Assembly (NCBI GenBank): GCA_964199315.1
Contig: OZ116702.1
Coordinates: 26,474,001-26,538,000, forward strand
Source of the DNA: Orbicella franksi
Lineage: Eukaryota
Direction of reading: 5' to 3'
DNA length: 64,000 nt
How positions within the stretch are numbered: the stretch's first letter is position 1; the number at the start of each line of letters is the position of its first letter. Position numbers and translations under genes: made by a program. This document shows positions 23,507-37,500 of the stretch, one piece after another. The notes beneath the pieces were generated by a model. That model was not told the origin of the DNA. It worked only from the letters and a program-made list of their open reading frames with translations, and did no database searches.

Positions 23507-24421
23507 TTACTTTCCTGGAGGTGGCACCACGGCACAGCACGGGCTTGGGGGACCAGGAGGTGCAGGCGGTCCGGGTGGTCCGGGGGGGCCTGGTGGTCCT
23601 GGGGCTCCGGCGGCCCCTGGAGGCCCTTGACCTCCCGCCACTCCTGGCGGTCCCTGTGATCCGGGATGTCCAGCAATTCCATAAATCGGAGGCGGAGCAG
23701 GCTTCATTTGGTCTGCGACTTGCGGAATGGGTGGATTTGGTCCGGCTGGGGGAGGACTGCCACAGCAGGATGCTGTACATGTTGGGGCGCAAGCTGGAGT
23801 GCAGCTCGCTCCACAGGGGAAGGCAGAACGCTTTGCTGTGAAACGGGGCAGAGGTTCAGAAGGATTTTGTCATTTAGAAAATCTGAGAAGATCTTTCTTT
23901 AACGTTCATTGACCCAGTGGCACCACATGTTTATCTTACAGATTACGTATATTTAAAACTACCATCTTAAACGCAATCAGTCAGTCAGTCAGTCAGTCAG
24001 TTAATAGTCAGTCAGTCAGTCAGTCAGTCAGTCAGTCAGTCAGGCGGTTGGTCGGTCCGTCAGTCAGTCAGTCAGTTGGTCAGTTAGTCAGTTAATAGTC
24101 AGTCAGTCAGTCAGTCAAACGGTTGGTCGGTCGCTTTGTTAGTCAGTCAGTAAGTTACCAATCAATCCGTCTCTCTATCTCTATTTATCAGATAACAATG
24201 TTAAATAATGAGGACTTATCACATTCAGTAGGTGTGCAACGGAAGCCCTATTCTGGATATAAGTGGTGTACTAAACATGCTGGCAGTATAACTAAATAAT
24301 GTTTTTGATAGCTAGATGTTCGCATAACAAATAACGGCCTATACATTTGACACTTACTGTGCAAAGCTGAGGCGGTGTAGGCAAGGCCTAACGTGAATAA
24401 CAGAGCTAAACGACAATCCAT
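23507..24421 (-). CDS. Gene D: minicollagen with canonical N-CRD, 13 Gly-X-Y and reduced C-terminus (CC only), 130 aa
   Basis: Exons 24421-24358 ([21 protein letters not shown]) and 23835-23507 ([24 protein letters not shown]...13 [21 protein letters not shown]). 5'UTR donor CAG|GTAAGA at 24805/24804. Confidence 0.9.
23977..24150. repeat. (CAGT)n microsatellite with interrupted higher-order units, in gene D intron
   Basis: cagtcagtcagt runs interrupted by ttaatagt and cggttggtcggt blocks that occur twice. Confidence 0.9.
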
Positions 24422-26167
24422 GATGCTTTCTGTCGAGATAGAAAACAGATGGCTTGAGGTACAATCAGCTTTAACATAGCACTACTTATCCTAATTACAC
24501 ATAGTTAGAAGTCAATGTGTAACTGTTAGGTATAACATTTTGACGTTCATGAATCAAGAGTCACTTTTGTTTGATAAAAGTTTTCCGAAGCCCCAGAAAC
24601 TGCTATCCACAATAATTACGGGACCGTGGTCTCTGCGATTGAGTGTGGCTGTTAGATTTTCAGTCTTTATGTTTGGAATTTCCAAAAAATGCTTTGATTT
24701 TCCGAATCTTAGCGAAATGAAATACATTTTTTGTTCTTCATCACTATATAGTTTTCTTGCCGTCTTAAAAAATGCTCTACTATTTTAAAGAACTCAGTTC
24801 TTACCTGGCGCCCTGATTCACGCACCAAAAGCAGCGAGTGGTCCTCAAAGAAAATCCTTAATTTTTATTTCATAAGTTTGATCGACGGTAAGGTATTGAA
24901 ATTTTTTTATTGTTACGTGTTTTGTTAACGTTCTTGTGCAGCAGGTCTATGAAACTAAAGTGATAAACAAAATTTTGAGAAAGAGCAGGTATTACGTTTT
25001 TTGTGTGAAACATCCAGTGATTCCGTTTTACTTTGCTTAGAGATTGATAAGCATAAGCTTGAAGTCCAGGAAAATTCAGTAAAAGGTAGATTTTTCCTGA
25101 ATGTGCAGTACCTCTTGTCAACTCAATCAACTAAGATATTGAAATAACCTGGTTGGAATTCCAAGAATATGCAAAACCTTCAATAAAGTGAAAACATGGT
25201 GCTAAAACGGCCCCCTCCGTTTGCGACACCTACGATGCGTGTACCGACACACTAGTAGAGCCAACAACGTTAAATTATCGAAGTTTCCATGCACGGTTGG
25301 ACACAACGAGAATTGGGCCTTAATTAATTAAAAGCGGGGGAGGGGTGGATGTTCATGTTATTGCTGTAGGGTAATAAAATAGACCCTTTTGTGAACTGTT
25401 AGCATCGTTGGCAGTTCCTTTTTGGGTACGCCGATAAAACTGGTCAATTTTAACTCTATGATTTCCCGTTGTTTTACGTTAAAATGCTTAGGAAATCGTA
25501 GGCTATCGATTTGAATTGGAAGGAAAATGAAATTTGCGACTTCTTTGCCTGTTGAAAGTAAAGCAGCTAAGTTTTGGGGAAGTTTCGATTAGAAGCTTGT
25601 TCAACCACTAAATTCTTCTCCATTGATTTCTTTTAGTGGCATTTATGAGATTTTGTCAGTAAATCACACAATTACTTCATGCATGTTTTTTTGTCATGCA
25701 CCTTTTTGCTTGGCAATATGATATATTAAAAAAGTTGATATTGGCTGTTCACAGGAATAAACCCAACGCTACAGTAACTGAAGAAGGAAAAGTACCACGA
25801 TATCTCATTAGAACATTCAAGGATACACGTAGCTGACCAAATATTCCTCGGTAAAAAAATATTATCCCCCGACGCTCCGTAAAAAAGGTCCTGTTGCTGT
25901 TTCTTAGATAAAGTAATAGAGAGGTATATTTTTTCCCATAAAACGTTAATGTGCTGCTCGCATACATAAACGAAAACTATTACGAGAAAAACGACATTCC
26001 TAACTTTTTGAGCGGAACCATTTTCGGTCCTGGGATCATTTTCGGCACAATTTGGGGATCATTTGGGGGCCGAGATCATTTGTGGGCCTGTACATTTTCC
26101 TCAAACAGAAGATTCCTGCCGCTTCTGTCAGCAGCTTTGCATCACCAGGAATATTTTCATCCCATGC

Positions 26168-26257
26168 GACAACAACAACAACAATAACAACAATAACAAC
26201 GAACAGCATCAGAAGCAACAACATCTTAATAACAGTAACAACAACAACAACAACAAC

Positions 26258-26292
<35 letters not shown>

Positions 26293-26310
26293 TAATAATA
26301 ATAAAACAGC
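26168..26310. repeat. Compound (AAC)n/(AAT)n microsatellite
   Basis: Directly visible; it generates the poly-N/T/I ORFs at 26036-26372. Confidence 0.95.
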
Positions 26311-26917
26311 AACAGAAGAAGCAGCCAAAACGTAACCTGGTGAACCAGCTAACAACAAAACCAATGAGTTAATACAAATCATCTTTATTTGTATTTTTGA
26401 AGTGAGAATTTTACATTCCTTTTGCGATAAAACGCATATGTTAATGATTACTTTGTATGTACATTGAAGCTCCTAACAAAAACAATAAGTTTGAAAAAGG
26501 CACATATGAGAAAAAACATTTTCATGCACACCGGTATAAACTACTATAACGTGAGCTATGAGCAACATTATGAATGAAAACACTGAGATCATATCCTTCA
26601 TAAAAAGACGGGAATGCAGCGAGTTTTGTTTTTAGAATATTAAAAACGAAGATTATTTAAATTAAACAAAAGAACTTTGACGTTCCACCAGATCGAAATT
26701 GGCAGTGTCTAAGTTACCAGACGTATGTCAGATAATAACTATCATTGCTGCGAGTCGAATCTGGAAGTGTAGCAGTTCCCGTAGGCTTGTAATTCCGTTT
26801 GGGGCTAAGTGCATCGTTTCTGCCTTCTGTTTTATTGTTCTTTCAAAGGGTATTGCGTCATTCGTGGGAGACCTTGCAAGAGCTGCTACCGACCGATCGA
26901 ATCTCAAAAAGAGGAAT

Positions 26918-28330
26918 TTAACGTCCAGGGGGCCCTGGGGGTCCGGGTGGTCCAGGAGGTCCTACACATCCGGGACATCCTTTGGGTCCATTTGGCCCTG
27001 GCAATCCACATATACCATCAAAACCGGGAGGTCCTGGGATTAACTGTGGTGTGGGAGCCGGAAACGGGGGAGGCGGCGGAGGTGGCGGAGGATACGGAGG
27101 AGGAAGACGGGAGGCGCAGCAGGAAAATATGCATCCCCTTTTACAAACGTTCGTGCAGCACTTCCTACAGCATGACCTAGAACAAGGCAGAGGGTTGCTT
27201 CTCAAGACTTTGTTAACTGAAATGATTGCAAAGAGAATATCTTTGTCAATTTGGTTGTTAAAAAGGTTACAAAATTGATAAAGTTGCAAGTTAAATCAGA
27301 TTAAGAATGTTAAAAGTCTAATTCACAATTATTTCACTCGCAGTTGCTGGATATGAGATGGTAGATAGCCAACGAGGCGCGTAGCGTTGAGTTGGCTATA
27401 ACTATCTCATATACAACAAACGCAAGTGGACTAATAGTTTTTATTAAAAACGCCCCCAAAATATTGAAAACGTAAGACGTACGTTTACCATATTTGTAGA
27501 GCGTGATATAATGGCTCATATACCATGATGGCTAAGCCAATGAAATCTCTTGAATTGCATTATCTAATGATCTAGTTTTTAATAAGCTTGATTATTTCGA
27601 GGAAGTTTAGACAGTTTTTTTTTTTCAATTGGCAACGGTTAACGTTGTGTCACCCAAATAATATAGCTTATCCACCACCAGTATTGTTTTTTTTTTCTAA
27701 AGTACTTGGCAAAAATTGACTACCACCTTTGGAGGGACATTTACCAACGTGGCTTATGTGCAAATGATACCAAAACCAATTAGTATGTTTCGACAGACTC
27801 TGTTAAAATGTTTAGCCCCTTAATATAGCTTAATATCATTCAAAACCTTGAATAATGATGGCACTTGTTATTAGTTTTCTTGCTTGTGCCAATCAACTAT
27901 AAACTAGCATTGTTTATATAGCTGGTGAGTGACAATTAATATGAATTATGACGCTGAGAAATGAAAGTGCATCATCACATTAGTTTTCTTAATAAACTTA
28001 AGGGGATCTTTCATTCATTTAAAAACAAATAGTTAAATACAAGTTTTTGCTCCGTAAAGCTCTTGATTTTTTTTATAGATTTTCAAAAGCTGGTTGAGTT
28101 ATTTATCATAAATGACAGGTATGATCGGGGAATCAGTAATAACGTGCTTGATTTTGCTGTCTTAGAAAGAAGAAAGATTAAATCAACTGACAGTAACATA
28201 GAACAAAAATTAGCTGTTAATATATTTTTCATTTGATGAAAAAGAACTTACCGAATTCTTCCATTGGTTTTCCATTAGCAACATAGATCACAGATATAAA
28301 CACCGCTAAGACTGCTATCTTAATGTCCAT
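26918..28330 (-). CDS. Gene E: minicollagen with 9-Cys basic N-terminal domain, 12 Gly-X-Y and no C-terminal CRD, 125 aa
   Basis: Exons 28330-28252 (MDIKIAVLAVFISVIYVANG-KPMEEF) and 27216-26918 (CSRSCCRKCCTNVCKRGCIFSCC, polyPro, [38 protein letters not shown]). AATAAA at 26831-26836. Confidence 0.85.
27334..27600. repeat. Interspersed hairpin-containing repeat in gene E intron
   Basis: Imperfect palindrome gatatgagat..atagccaac..gttggctata..atctcatat. It resembles a common coral repeat (recognition only). Confidence 0.5.
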
Positions 28331-30186
28331 TTTTATATACCTGTAAAAAAACCAAGATGGAACAATAGTTAATGCCAGTCATTTGGAAAAAGTTGTGACG
28401 GAACTAATTCACAAAAAAATGATCAGAATACCTTTTTTGGAAATTGATCAACTTTCACTGAATTGTGTGTTCAGCGAAAAGAAGTCGACTAACCGTCCTC
28501 AACTGCTTTGCATTGTTTAACCTGTCAGTGCAAATTGAGAAGTCTGACGCTATCTGTTGAACACCTCTGTGTATAAACATAACCGGTGTTTCATGGAATT
28601 TATAGCTTCAGTTTATAATATCGTTATACTCCCGAACGGCAATCCGCGGCTTGTTGCATTTATATCAGGAACTTCTAAGACATGCAAATGTAATGAACGT
28701 CTTTGAAGCCAAAGCCATCTGGTGTATTAAAAATTGGAATGTCGAAACTTTAGCGAACGGACTGAGTACTAGTCTCTGCATTTTCGTTCCCAGAGCCGTC
28801 TATGCTCCTCTTAGCCGATGGGGCCTAGGTGAGAGGAGAAGTTGGCTCTCGGGACATATGCCTTGGCTACTCTTGGATTCTTGGACTACGATTTTCACTG
28901 ATTCCATGTTGGTTTCCTTTTTGAGAATGTCACTGGTTGATATCAAAGACCAACTTAACACATAGATGAGATCATTACTACAGTCTGGATGTGTTTACCT
29001 TCCTCTTTAACAACAATTATAATACATTTCTCAACCTCCAACCTCTTTATTTCTATTAATCACTTTCGAGAGCGAATAATCTAATTGTTTTAGTAGAATT
29101 CTTACTAATTTTACTTCAAATAACGGTTTCCAATTATTTCTTGACGCATTATTAAACTTTGCGCCTGAAAAAGGTCGCTCAGACTGAATTGTCATTTAAA
29201 ATTGAAGTTGTGTGTGTCAAGAAACCGTAAATGCCCTTCATTTCGACTTTTCAGGAATGTAATTATCCATTTGCATCAAAATTCTCCTCCAAAACTTTGG
29301 AAAAACGAAAAGCACGTTGCCATTTCCTAGACGACCTCCAGCCACTGCACAGTAATGGCTGATATGGCTCAGCCAATCAGATTACAGCATTTGCATTAGA
29401 ATACTAGTAGAATTCTACTAATCTCCTTTATTGTTGTTATTATTTTTAGTTATTTTTTTGCATTACCTTGCGGTACATGCGGCTACATTGTAGTTTGTTG
29501 ATCCCTCAACATTAGTGCATACTCTAACATCTAACATCTAATATCTAACAGTTTGACCTATCTTTTTAGTTAATGTCATTTTGGTGATCAGTGACCATGT
29601 TAATTAAATTATTTTTTGGAAACTGATCTTGTAGAAACTTTTAATAACGAGATTTCCGGCTCAGTTCCTGTTGCCTTGGTCAGAATTAGCTAGAAACAGT
29701 GTCTCCGCATGTATAATCAGTTCTTATTTGCTGTGGTCCCAAGGGACGCTGCTAAAGGTAAATTAGCTTGCGGCAAGCGTATGTGTTCGTTAACGGAGGT
29801 GCGGTCTTTAAATACCTTTGATAAAATCTGTTATAAGCCGGTCTTTAAGCGCTGTAATCGAATGGTTTTAGTTAGAAATCAACCAGTGGATGCTTTCGAA
29901 ATGGAAATAAACGTTGAATTAGTGAAAATATTTGTCCAAAATATTAGCTAGTTAAATCATGTGTCTCCAGAGGCAGATTTTCTCTCTTGCCAAGGTCCCA
30001 CCTGCCAATAGAGACGTATTGACGCATTTAGGGGCGGGAAGGTGGTCTCAAGATTCTCATATTTAGCCACTGGAGGCATCTAGTCCCATTTTCAGTATTT
30101 CATGTCAACGTCGCCTAGCCTAGAAATGGGACCCACCAGTTTCACTCAAAATATGACATAAAAGCAGCCAAGGTTGTACCGTTTAT

Positions 30187-30472
30187 TAGCCTGCAATGCA
30201 GGCGTATTTTGGCAAGGAAGCGCATTTTGATTAAGCCAACGTCATCTTGGATTCATACTCGGTAGAGGCTCGGGGAAAGCCAAAAGGCGTCTTAGGAAGT
30301 AGGAGTAAGGTTGAAAGAGGAGTAGGGATTGGGAAGGGGAAGGTAAAATACCTATTGTCCCCCTCCCCTTCCCCGTCCACTTTTCCTAAGCCAACATGGT
30401 GGTGAATTTACTCGATTGCGAGCTAATACCGATAACTCGTGAACACACTGAAAACGCCTGCACTGCAGGGTA
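30187..30472. mobile_element. Non-autonomous TIR element (TAGCCTGCA.TGCAGGCGT termini)
   Basis: Left tagcctgcaatgcaggcgtattt; right aaaacgcctgcactgcagggta (inverted). The termini are similar to the start of the element at 7192. Confidence 0.65.
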
Positions 30473-32693
30473 ACCTTTTATGTACTATGCGATCAAATAA
30501 CAAAGTCTTCCCTCGAAAAATCCCCACCAAATTAAAGGTGCATTAGTGTTAGAGGTTCCCTTGTCTCCCGGCTCACCTACATCAGTCCTTCAGACAGGAA
30601 TTGACAATTTGTTCAGGTAAAAGAAACATTCTGTTACACTGTAATTGTCATCGTTCTGCTTTGGATATCGTTTGCCGATCGAGTCACAGATTACCTTACA
30701 TGATATCTCTCAATCATGACCAGCTCCTACACTGAAACGTGTGGGAACAGGTAAAATGTTCCGGCTAGGTTGTCATTAGCTGGTGCCTCACTGTTGAAAA
30801 CCACAGGTGTTTGTAAAAATGATAAAGGAACCTACGTCCGTCTGTTTATATTGATATGAATAAAATCCATCTAAGAAATCTTGTGTGTTGACAGAATTAG
30901 AATTTGGCATCAGCCTCTTCCATTACGCCTTATTGCCATGCTAGCGAAGATTCAATTTAGGGGGAAATATCAGCGCAAGTCGATAAAGATTAGATGTCCA
31001 CCATCGGAGCTTTGTAATGGTGAACTTTATGCGAGTTTAGCTCGGAATTGTGTGACGTTTTTTGAGTCATAAATCGTCGGCGTAAAGTACCAGCGATCTC
31101 GAGGTGATTGTGTAATGGCTTTTTAGGCAATTCGCTTGGAATTTTGAAGTCATATTTCAAAAAGTATTAGCTGTGTTTTAACAATGGTCAGACCGTATCT
31201 TTACTGAATTTTTGTTCAAGCATTTTCTTTTGAGAAATTTTCATGCCACCCCGAAGAGTACCTGCGTTTCTTTTGTGATTGCTGTTTGAAACGATTGTGC
31301 CGTTTGTTTGTTTGTCTAGTTTTAACTAAACATGCCTTATCAAAAACATTGCATATTTGCCCATTGTGTAATCTGAATTTCTTCTTCCTGTAATGTCAAA
31401 TTCGTTCGCCAATAACTTCACTATAGAGCGTGAATAAAGAACTTCTCTGTGGAACTCACGTGACCAGCACGTGCAAGTGTTTAAATAAGAAAAGAGGTCA
31501 AATCACACAGCATTGGTTTGGTACACCAACACTGTTTTCGAACGCCGATATGACTACCGTGACGTCATGTGAAAACGCTCCACAAATTAGTGTTTGATCT
31601 CAGTGCAGTGCTCATCCGCCATTTTTGCGGCAATTCTTGTACGGGTGGGGTGGATGGGGAAACACTTACGCCGGACCCTTTAATGGGAGAATCGGATGCT
31701 AAACGCATCAAAAATCCCAGTGAATTAGAGATTACAGTCAACGCGAAGGTTGATATTTTTGGCGTTTCAAATTTGATATCGCACCGGAAATGACCGCTCT
31801 GATTCTCAACTAACATCGCATTAGAAATAATTATCTTGTGAATGGGGCTATACCGATACCGATCTTTGCAAAATGGTCGGCGAAAATAAAGATATAGCTA
31901 TTTGGGACGAACGTGAAAAATTTGACCGTTAATTGTTTAACAATTTGTCTTTAATTCATTTAATTGGTCAAACACCACGTTTTACATGCTTGGTTTTATA
32001 CTTTCGCATTTTTTTAACGTCGGTTTTCCAGATTTCATGCTCTTGACGATCTCAAAAATTGTCAACTGGGTTTTCAGTAAAACACTGAAAGACAAAACAA
32101 AATCAAAATCGTTAGTGCAAGCGGTGTACTGGCCCGAAACTAGAACGAGATCTTTGAAAAAGAGAATAAACCCATCAATGGTTTGTTCATCTGCAAAAGG
32201 CTTCAGGAAAAGCTAACCTTTGCATACAACAACTTTCTTTTAGTCATGACTTTTCCTGATGTTCTTGATCAAATGATGACCTGGGCTATTGGCTTTCAGT
32301 GGTTCTGGTGATGTCTTGTGATTCCTTCTAAAAAAAGAACCAATGTTACTTACAAGTGAGATGGACATGAATGAATCTAATCGCATCCAACGCAATCTGC
32401 AATTACTACAACGAGAACTTTTTCACAATGAGTGCTTCTATGTTTTCGTCATCAATACAATCGGTGAGATATGGCTTTATTTCCTTCTCTGATACTGATC
32501 ACTCAACATTATAGTCGATTGAGGTTTGTACCCTAAAAAGATCACGCGTGTTTTCCTTTCCAGATGCCCCAGTTTTTGCAAAGCGTATCGTAAAACTAAA
32601 ACAACTACAGCCACTTCCTTTATCTGAGTCCAAAACAAAAGTTTATTAAAAGCACATATTTGATTATTCCTTCGATTTTATAAAGGAGGCCAT

Positions 32694-34519
32694 TTACTTG
32701 CAGCAGGCGGGAGCAGGACAACATGGTGGTGGTGGTGGGGGTGGACAGGGGGCAGGGGCAGGAGCTCCAGGAGCTCCCTGGGGTCCAGCTGGTCCGGGAG
32801 GTCCGGGTGGTCCGGAGCATCCTGGGCATCCTTTGAGTCCAGGACATCCTGGTAGACCAGGGGCGCCGCCGCATCCCTTAGGTCCCATTGGTCCGGGTGC
32901 ACCGATTGGGCCGGGGAGGCCGGGTGGTCCTGGGAGACCGATGGGTCCAGTGCATCCCTTCCATCCGGGACATCCGGGAGATCCGGGTGGTCCGGAACAT
33001 CCTGGTGGTCCCATTGGTCCCATTGGTCCGGCAATCTGTTGCGTTGGTGGTGGAGGTGGTGGGGGAGGTGGACAACAAGGACAACAACGTTTGGAACCTG
33101 TAAGAAAATAAACTCCACAATTAGCTACGATTCGATCAAACATCATGTTAACTGAACGTTTTCCATGGGCCAGTAATCCATGTTGCAGAATAGTGATGAA
33201 CTATCATTTAATCTAACATCTTCCATCACGATGAAATATTCTATTTTTTAGTCCCCCACGCAATTACTATACGTTGTCGACGCTGTGGAATGATATTGAG
33301 CAGAAATGTTCCATTCGGATTCACAAGTTACTGTCTTGCGTAAATCTCGGAGAAAATGACTGATAAGACTTTACTCATTGAAAAACATTTAATAGTTCTA
33401 CAAAACATCTGAGAAAATATAGTGCTCCTTGAATGTTCGGATCAAAACTAGCTGAATATTATTCTTTTGAAAAATTAAGACAATAAAGTTTTCTAATCTA
33501 TAAAACAGTGGCCACCTGTTAAGTTTCATTGTTCTTGGACAGACATGTATCTTATTCCTTCACGCCTTGGTGCTTTGCTAGCAGAACAGCAAAAGGGCAG
33601 AGTTCTGTTGGCCTCATTAAATTCTTAAAACTTTTTTGCTCTTAAAACAGTCTTTTTGCAAAAGCGAGAGTCAAGTTGTGTAATTTTTTGGAAATATTAA
33701 GACATCGGAGTTTTCTAAACTATAAAACAGAAGCCACCTGTTCAGTTTTATTGTTCTTGGACAGACATTTGTCACATTCTTTCACGCTTTGGTCCTTTCA
33801 TAGAAGAGTAGTGAGAAAGACAGAGCTTTTTAGCCCACCTGGCTAAATTCTGGCTAAATTGGAATTTTTGTGCCTATACAGTTTTTTTTTTAAAGCGTGT
33901 GTCAGGTTATGTAAAAAATCAAGAAGAACTACCAATACTATTGATCCGTAATTACCACAAAGAAAATTGTTCGACTTAACCTTTAATTTCTGAGCTGTGG
34001 CCGGAAATGTCTGGTAACAATAACGCAAAAAACTTAAACTGATCAACAAACATTTAATAAACAGAACGAAAAAGAAAATATTTTTGAAAAATCGAGTACC
34101 TATTTTTTGGTTTACTTAGGTTCGATGACTTGATATTTCGCCACCGGCACAGCTTTGACAAAGATTTTTAGAAATTAACTCAGTTTGTCAAGAACTATGG
34201 GACATTTGTATTAAAACTGTTGAAATATGTCCTATCTAAAATAAGAACTTGAGCACACAACACTCGTACAGTTCCTTTTACATGCAGTGCCAAAAGTCGG
34301 TTGCTCTTATGATTGAAATAAACCAAACAATTGAAGATTGTTAACCGAAGAAATGTTTTTGATTATGACCCAAACAACACAGTTTTATTTTTCTAAAACG
34401 GATCAACATTTGACTTATTGATTTGATAAATAAACTACCAAAATCTTACCTTTTGTCGATCTAGCATGTGCGTAGCACACAAATGCAAGGACTAGGAGAA
34501 ATATTAATTTGGAATTCAT
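32694..34519 (-). CDS. Gene F: long minicollagen, 30 uninterrupted Gly-X-Y with 7 intra-helix Cys, reduced CRDs, 157 aa
   Basis: Exons 34519-34450 ([23 protein letters not shown]) and 33097-32694 ([10 protein letters not shown]9...[17 protein letters not shown]). 5'UTR donor GAG|GTGAGC at 34832/34831. AATAAA at 32642-32647. Confidence 0.92.
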
Positions 34520-37500
34520 CTTGCCTGTAAGAGAAAACAGAACGAAATTAGCTTCAGGAAATCTTTGGAAACTTAGGAACAAATTTATTGAACAATGTTT
34601 TGACGAGAAGAGTGATCAACACTTAGTGGTGTGGAAAATAGGGTAATCGCTCCAATTAAAGTCCACTAAAGATCATCGCGACAAGACAGATTTTGTTGAA
34701 AAACAAAATAATAATGTTATGGCTACCGATTAAGTAATATTTTGTCTAGGTCAAGGCAATTTTACATAACTTTCAAGCGAATTGATGGAAGACTATGGAT
34801 CAGGAACTCAAAAAGTAAAATGTTCGCTCACCTCTTTTCTCTGCCCTGACAGAATACAGTAAGATGTGACCTAGCTCTGCGAGACAGTAGTATTTACCAT
34901 GATGAAAGTAATTAATTTTAAATGCGTTTCTTTGCGGTGTTGGTCTGTGATTGGTCAGCAACCTCAGAAGAGGCAGGTGATGTCAGGTTGTTAAAACGCC
35001 CCTTTCTGTGCCACTGAACTGATAAGTAGTTTTGTGGGTCGTCCGAGACAAGCCCACTTACACGCTTGACTTGATGGCATTGTACGTTGTTTTTAGGATC
35101 TTTTATTTTTTTATAAAGTGCGGTTTCTGGTTTAGCTTGGAGGAATTTGAGTACGGTAAAACGTAAATGCTATAAATTTCAATGTGTGTTATATTAAAAA
35201 ATGTGCGTAATTGAGATGAAACCTCGAAAAGTGACTAAACCTTCCTTGAAGTACATTAAACCAGATTGGGTTATTTCGTGTTGATTCATGCATGTTTAAT
35301 ACACCTTATCTAATAAAACATCAAGGATCAGCAAATAACACTGACAATTCAAGGAAAACAAGCAGCTTAAATCAACAAATTCAGTAAACCAACTAAGAAA
35401 TTAATCAGAGGCAAAATATGAAGAGCGCACTGGGCAACGTCTATCAGTCGCTCATTTGCAAGAAAGACGAGTAAGGCAAAACCTGGATATAGATAACAGA
35501 CAGAGCTTGAAGCTTAAAGTGTCGGTGTTTTTGTTTTTCAACATCCTTAATGATTCTTGGCACTTTCAATTTCATGGTGACCTTAGGCTCCGTTTTTTTC
35601 TCTAAACCGGCTTGAAATGGCTTAATCTTCCAAACTGTATAAGATGAGATATTAAAATGTGTACAATAAAGATGTGTTATTGCATTAAAATTAGAATCAA
35701 AGCCACTTTGAAGTGTCCACGCCGAGCTAGCATAATTTACATGTCCCATCTTAAAGGTTCACTTCATTTAACTTCAGAGCTTGCTTGTTATTTCAATTTA
35801 GTGTTACTGGTTTTAGCACAAAAAGGAAATTCGAGTTATCCTATTGGTTTTAGTATTTTTCAACTTTCTGGTACTGATTTGATTAAATGTTTATTGTTTG
35901 TATAATACTTACGATTCACTGAGACAATCACTTCGTTTACTAGCACTGACATGTTTACTAAGACACATGAGCCCGGTGAAATAGTGTCTTCCAATCTAGA
36001 ATGAGAAACCCCGACAGCTTTTGGTCCTATCTTTTTTAATAAGAAAAGTAACTGTAAAAGCATTTCATAGGTGTTTCTATTGGTGATTCAACTGTCAAGG
36101 TATGAGTTGTTTTCGAATAAATTTTCTTTGTGTGAATATCATTGTTTTTTTCTTTATTTCATGGGTTTAGCATTACTTTGGTTTATTGTTAATTGCCGCT
36201 GAAACTTAAAAATGGTGCTTAATTTTCTGCTTTTCGAATGTTTAACGTAAACAAAATGCCAAAATAAATAAGAAATACTGCTGGTTTAGTCCGTGGCTTG
36301 GGTGCGATTTTAAAGTTAATATCGACCTCTTAAATTTGATATTATCATGAATAGTGTTGAGTAAAATTACCTCCGAAAATACCAGTACCTGAATCTTGGA
36401 GGACGATAAAAAAGAAACATGTCACTGAACTCAGTTTGCGTAAATGGGGTGATTACTGCACTGGGTTCAAGTAGCGTCTAGCGCTTGCACGTTACAACGC
36501 GCGTTGGCCGTCTTTAAGATGAAGTGTAACTTTTTTGTTTTAGTTATATACTCAGCCCTTCAAAGAGGCCTCAATGAGAACACAAACGTAGTTAACCTTT
36601 CTATTATGAACCTGATGCTAAGGTGAAATAATTTACCACGAAAATAATACCAGAGGTCGAGAAGGGTGAGTATAGACGAGGATCTCGCAGTGTTTTGTTG
36701 TTCGGTAGCGGAGTGGGGACTGGAGACCGAGAATCGATATCAGCGGAGGGATCAGACGGTGGGACGGTTACGTCGGGTTCGAAGGTTTACGGTAACAATA
36801 TGTCCGCAGACGTTTGATATATTTATTCCTTGCTTTCTAGTTTTGCTGTAAATTAAATTAGCATTAACGAATCTCAAATGAACGAAACTTAACTTAATTG
36901 CCCGCTGGTGGTTTTTCCAGCCAATTGGATGTGATCTAAACAAAACGAATCTCCTCAGTGAGTGTTAACTTTACTCATTTGTAATTGATACTTAATCGAT
37001 AGAGAGCAGAATATATCACCCGGAGGTCAAAGAAATTTCATTACCTTAAATGCTCTTTTCGAAGAAATTTTGAGGAGTTTGATATGTGGAATACTGGTTG
37101 CAACTAAGAGCCCACCGTATGCCTTCGATACCATCTCACCTAACTAAAACTAATTAACATGTTTTATAAAGTAGGAAGGCTTAAATTGAGGCAAATTTCC
37201 GTCGATTCTGCCGTATTTTTTGAAATTTAACCAATGTCTGTTCTATGTAGGGGAAAAAAAGAAACGTTTGTCTTTTGTTACTTAATATTAAAATCTTATG
37301 GGAAGAAACTGAAACACTTCTTGTCCTTTCTCGTAACTACTTGAGATGGGTTGAAAGTAACGTAAAGGTCTGGACTTATCGTTGACAATAAAGGAGGAAC
37401 AAACTTTGTATTTTCTGTTGGTTGACGTATTGTTCTTGAACAGACAGAACTAACGCCCACTCGACATTTCCAGAGCAGAAACAGTCTACACTCGACAGGT

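Noticed and set aside
26036-26372. Poly-Asn/Thr/Ile ORFs; likewise poly-Glu ORF 53786-54007 and ORF 56772-56975
   Set aside because: Translations of microsatellites or satellites.
26910-26925. Splicing at C|GTTAAA to give gene E a C-terminal CRD exon
   Set aside because: Weak donor, AATAAA follows the stop, and I found no CRD exon between 24430 and 26900.
32698-33111. Plus-strand collagen-like ORFs opposite the minicollagen exons (also 44253-44792, 26982-27278, 11499-11822, 20544-20765)
   Set aside because: Antisense shadows: Pro codons (CCN) read as Gly (GGN) on the other strand. They have no signal exon or splice support.
33489-33798. ~90-bp diverged direct duplication in the gene F intron
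   Set aside because: Non-coding, with no splice signals or other sign of function.
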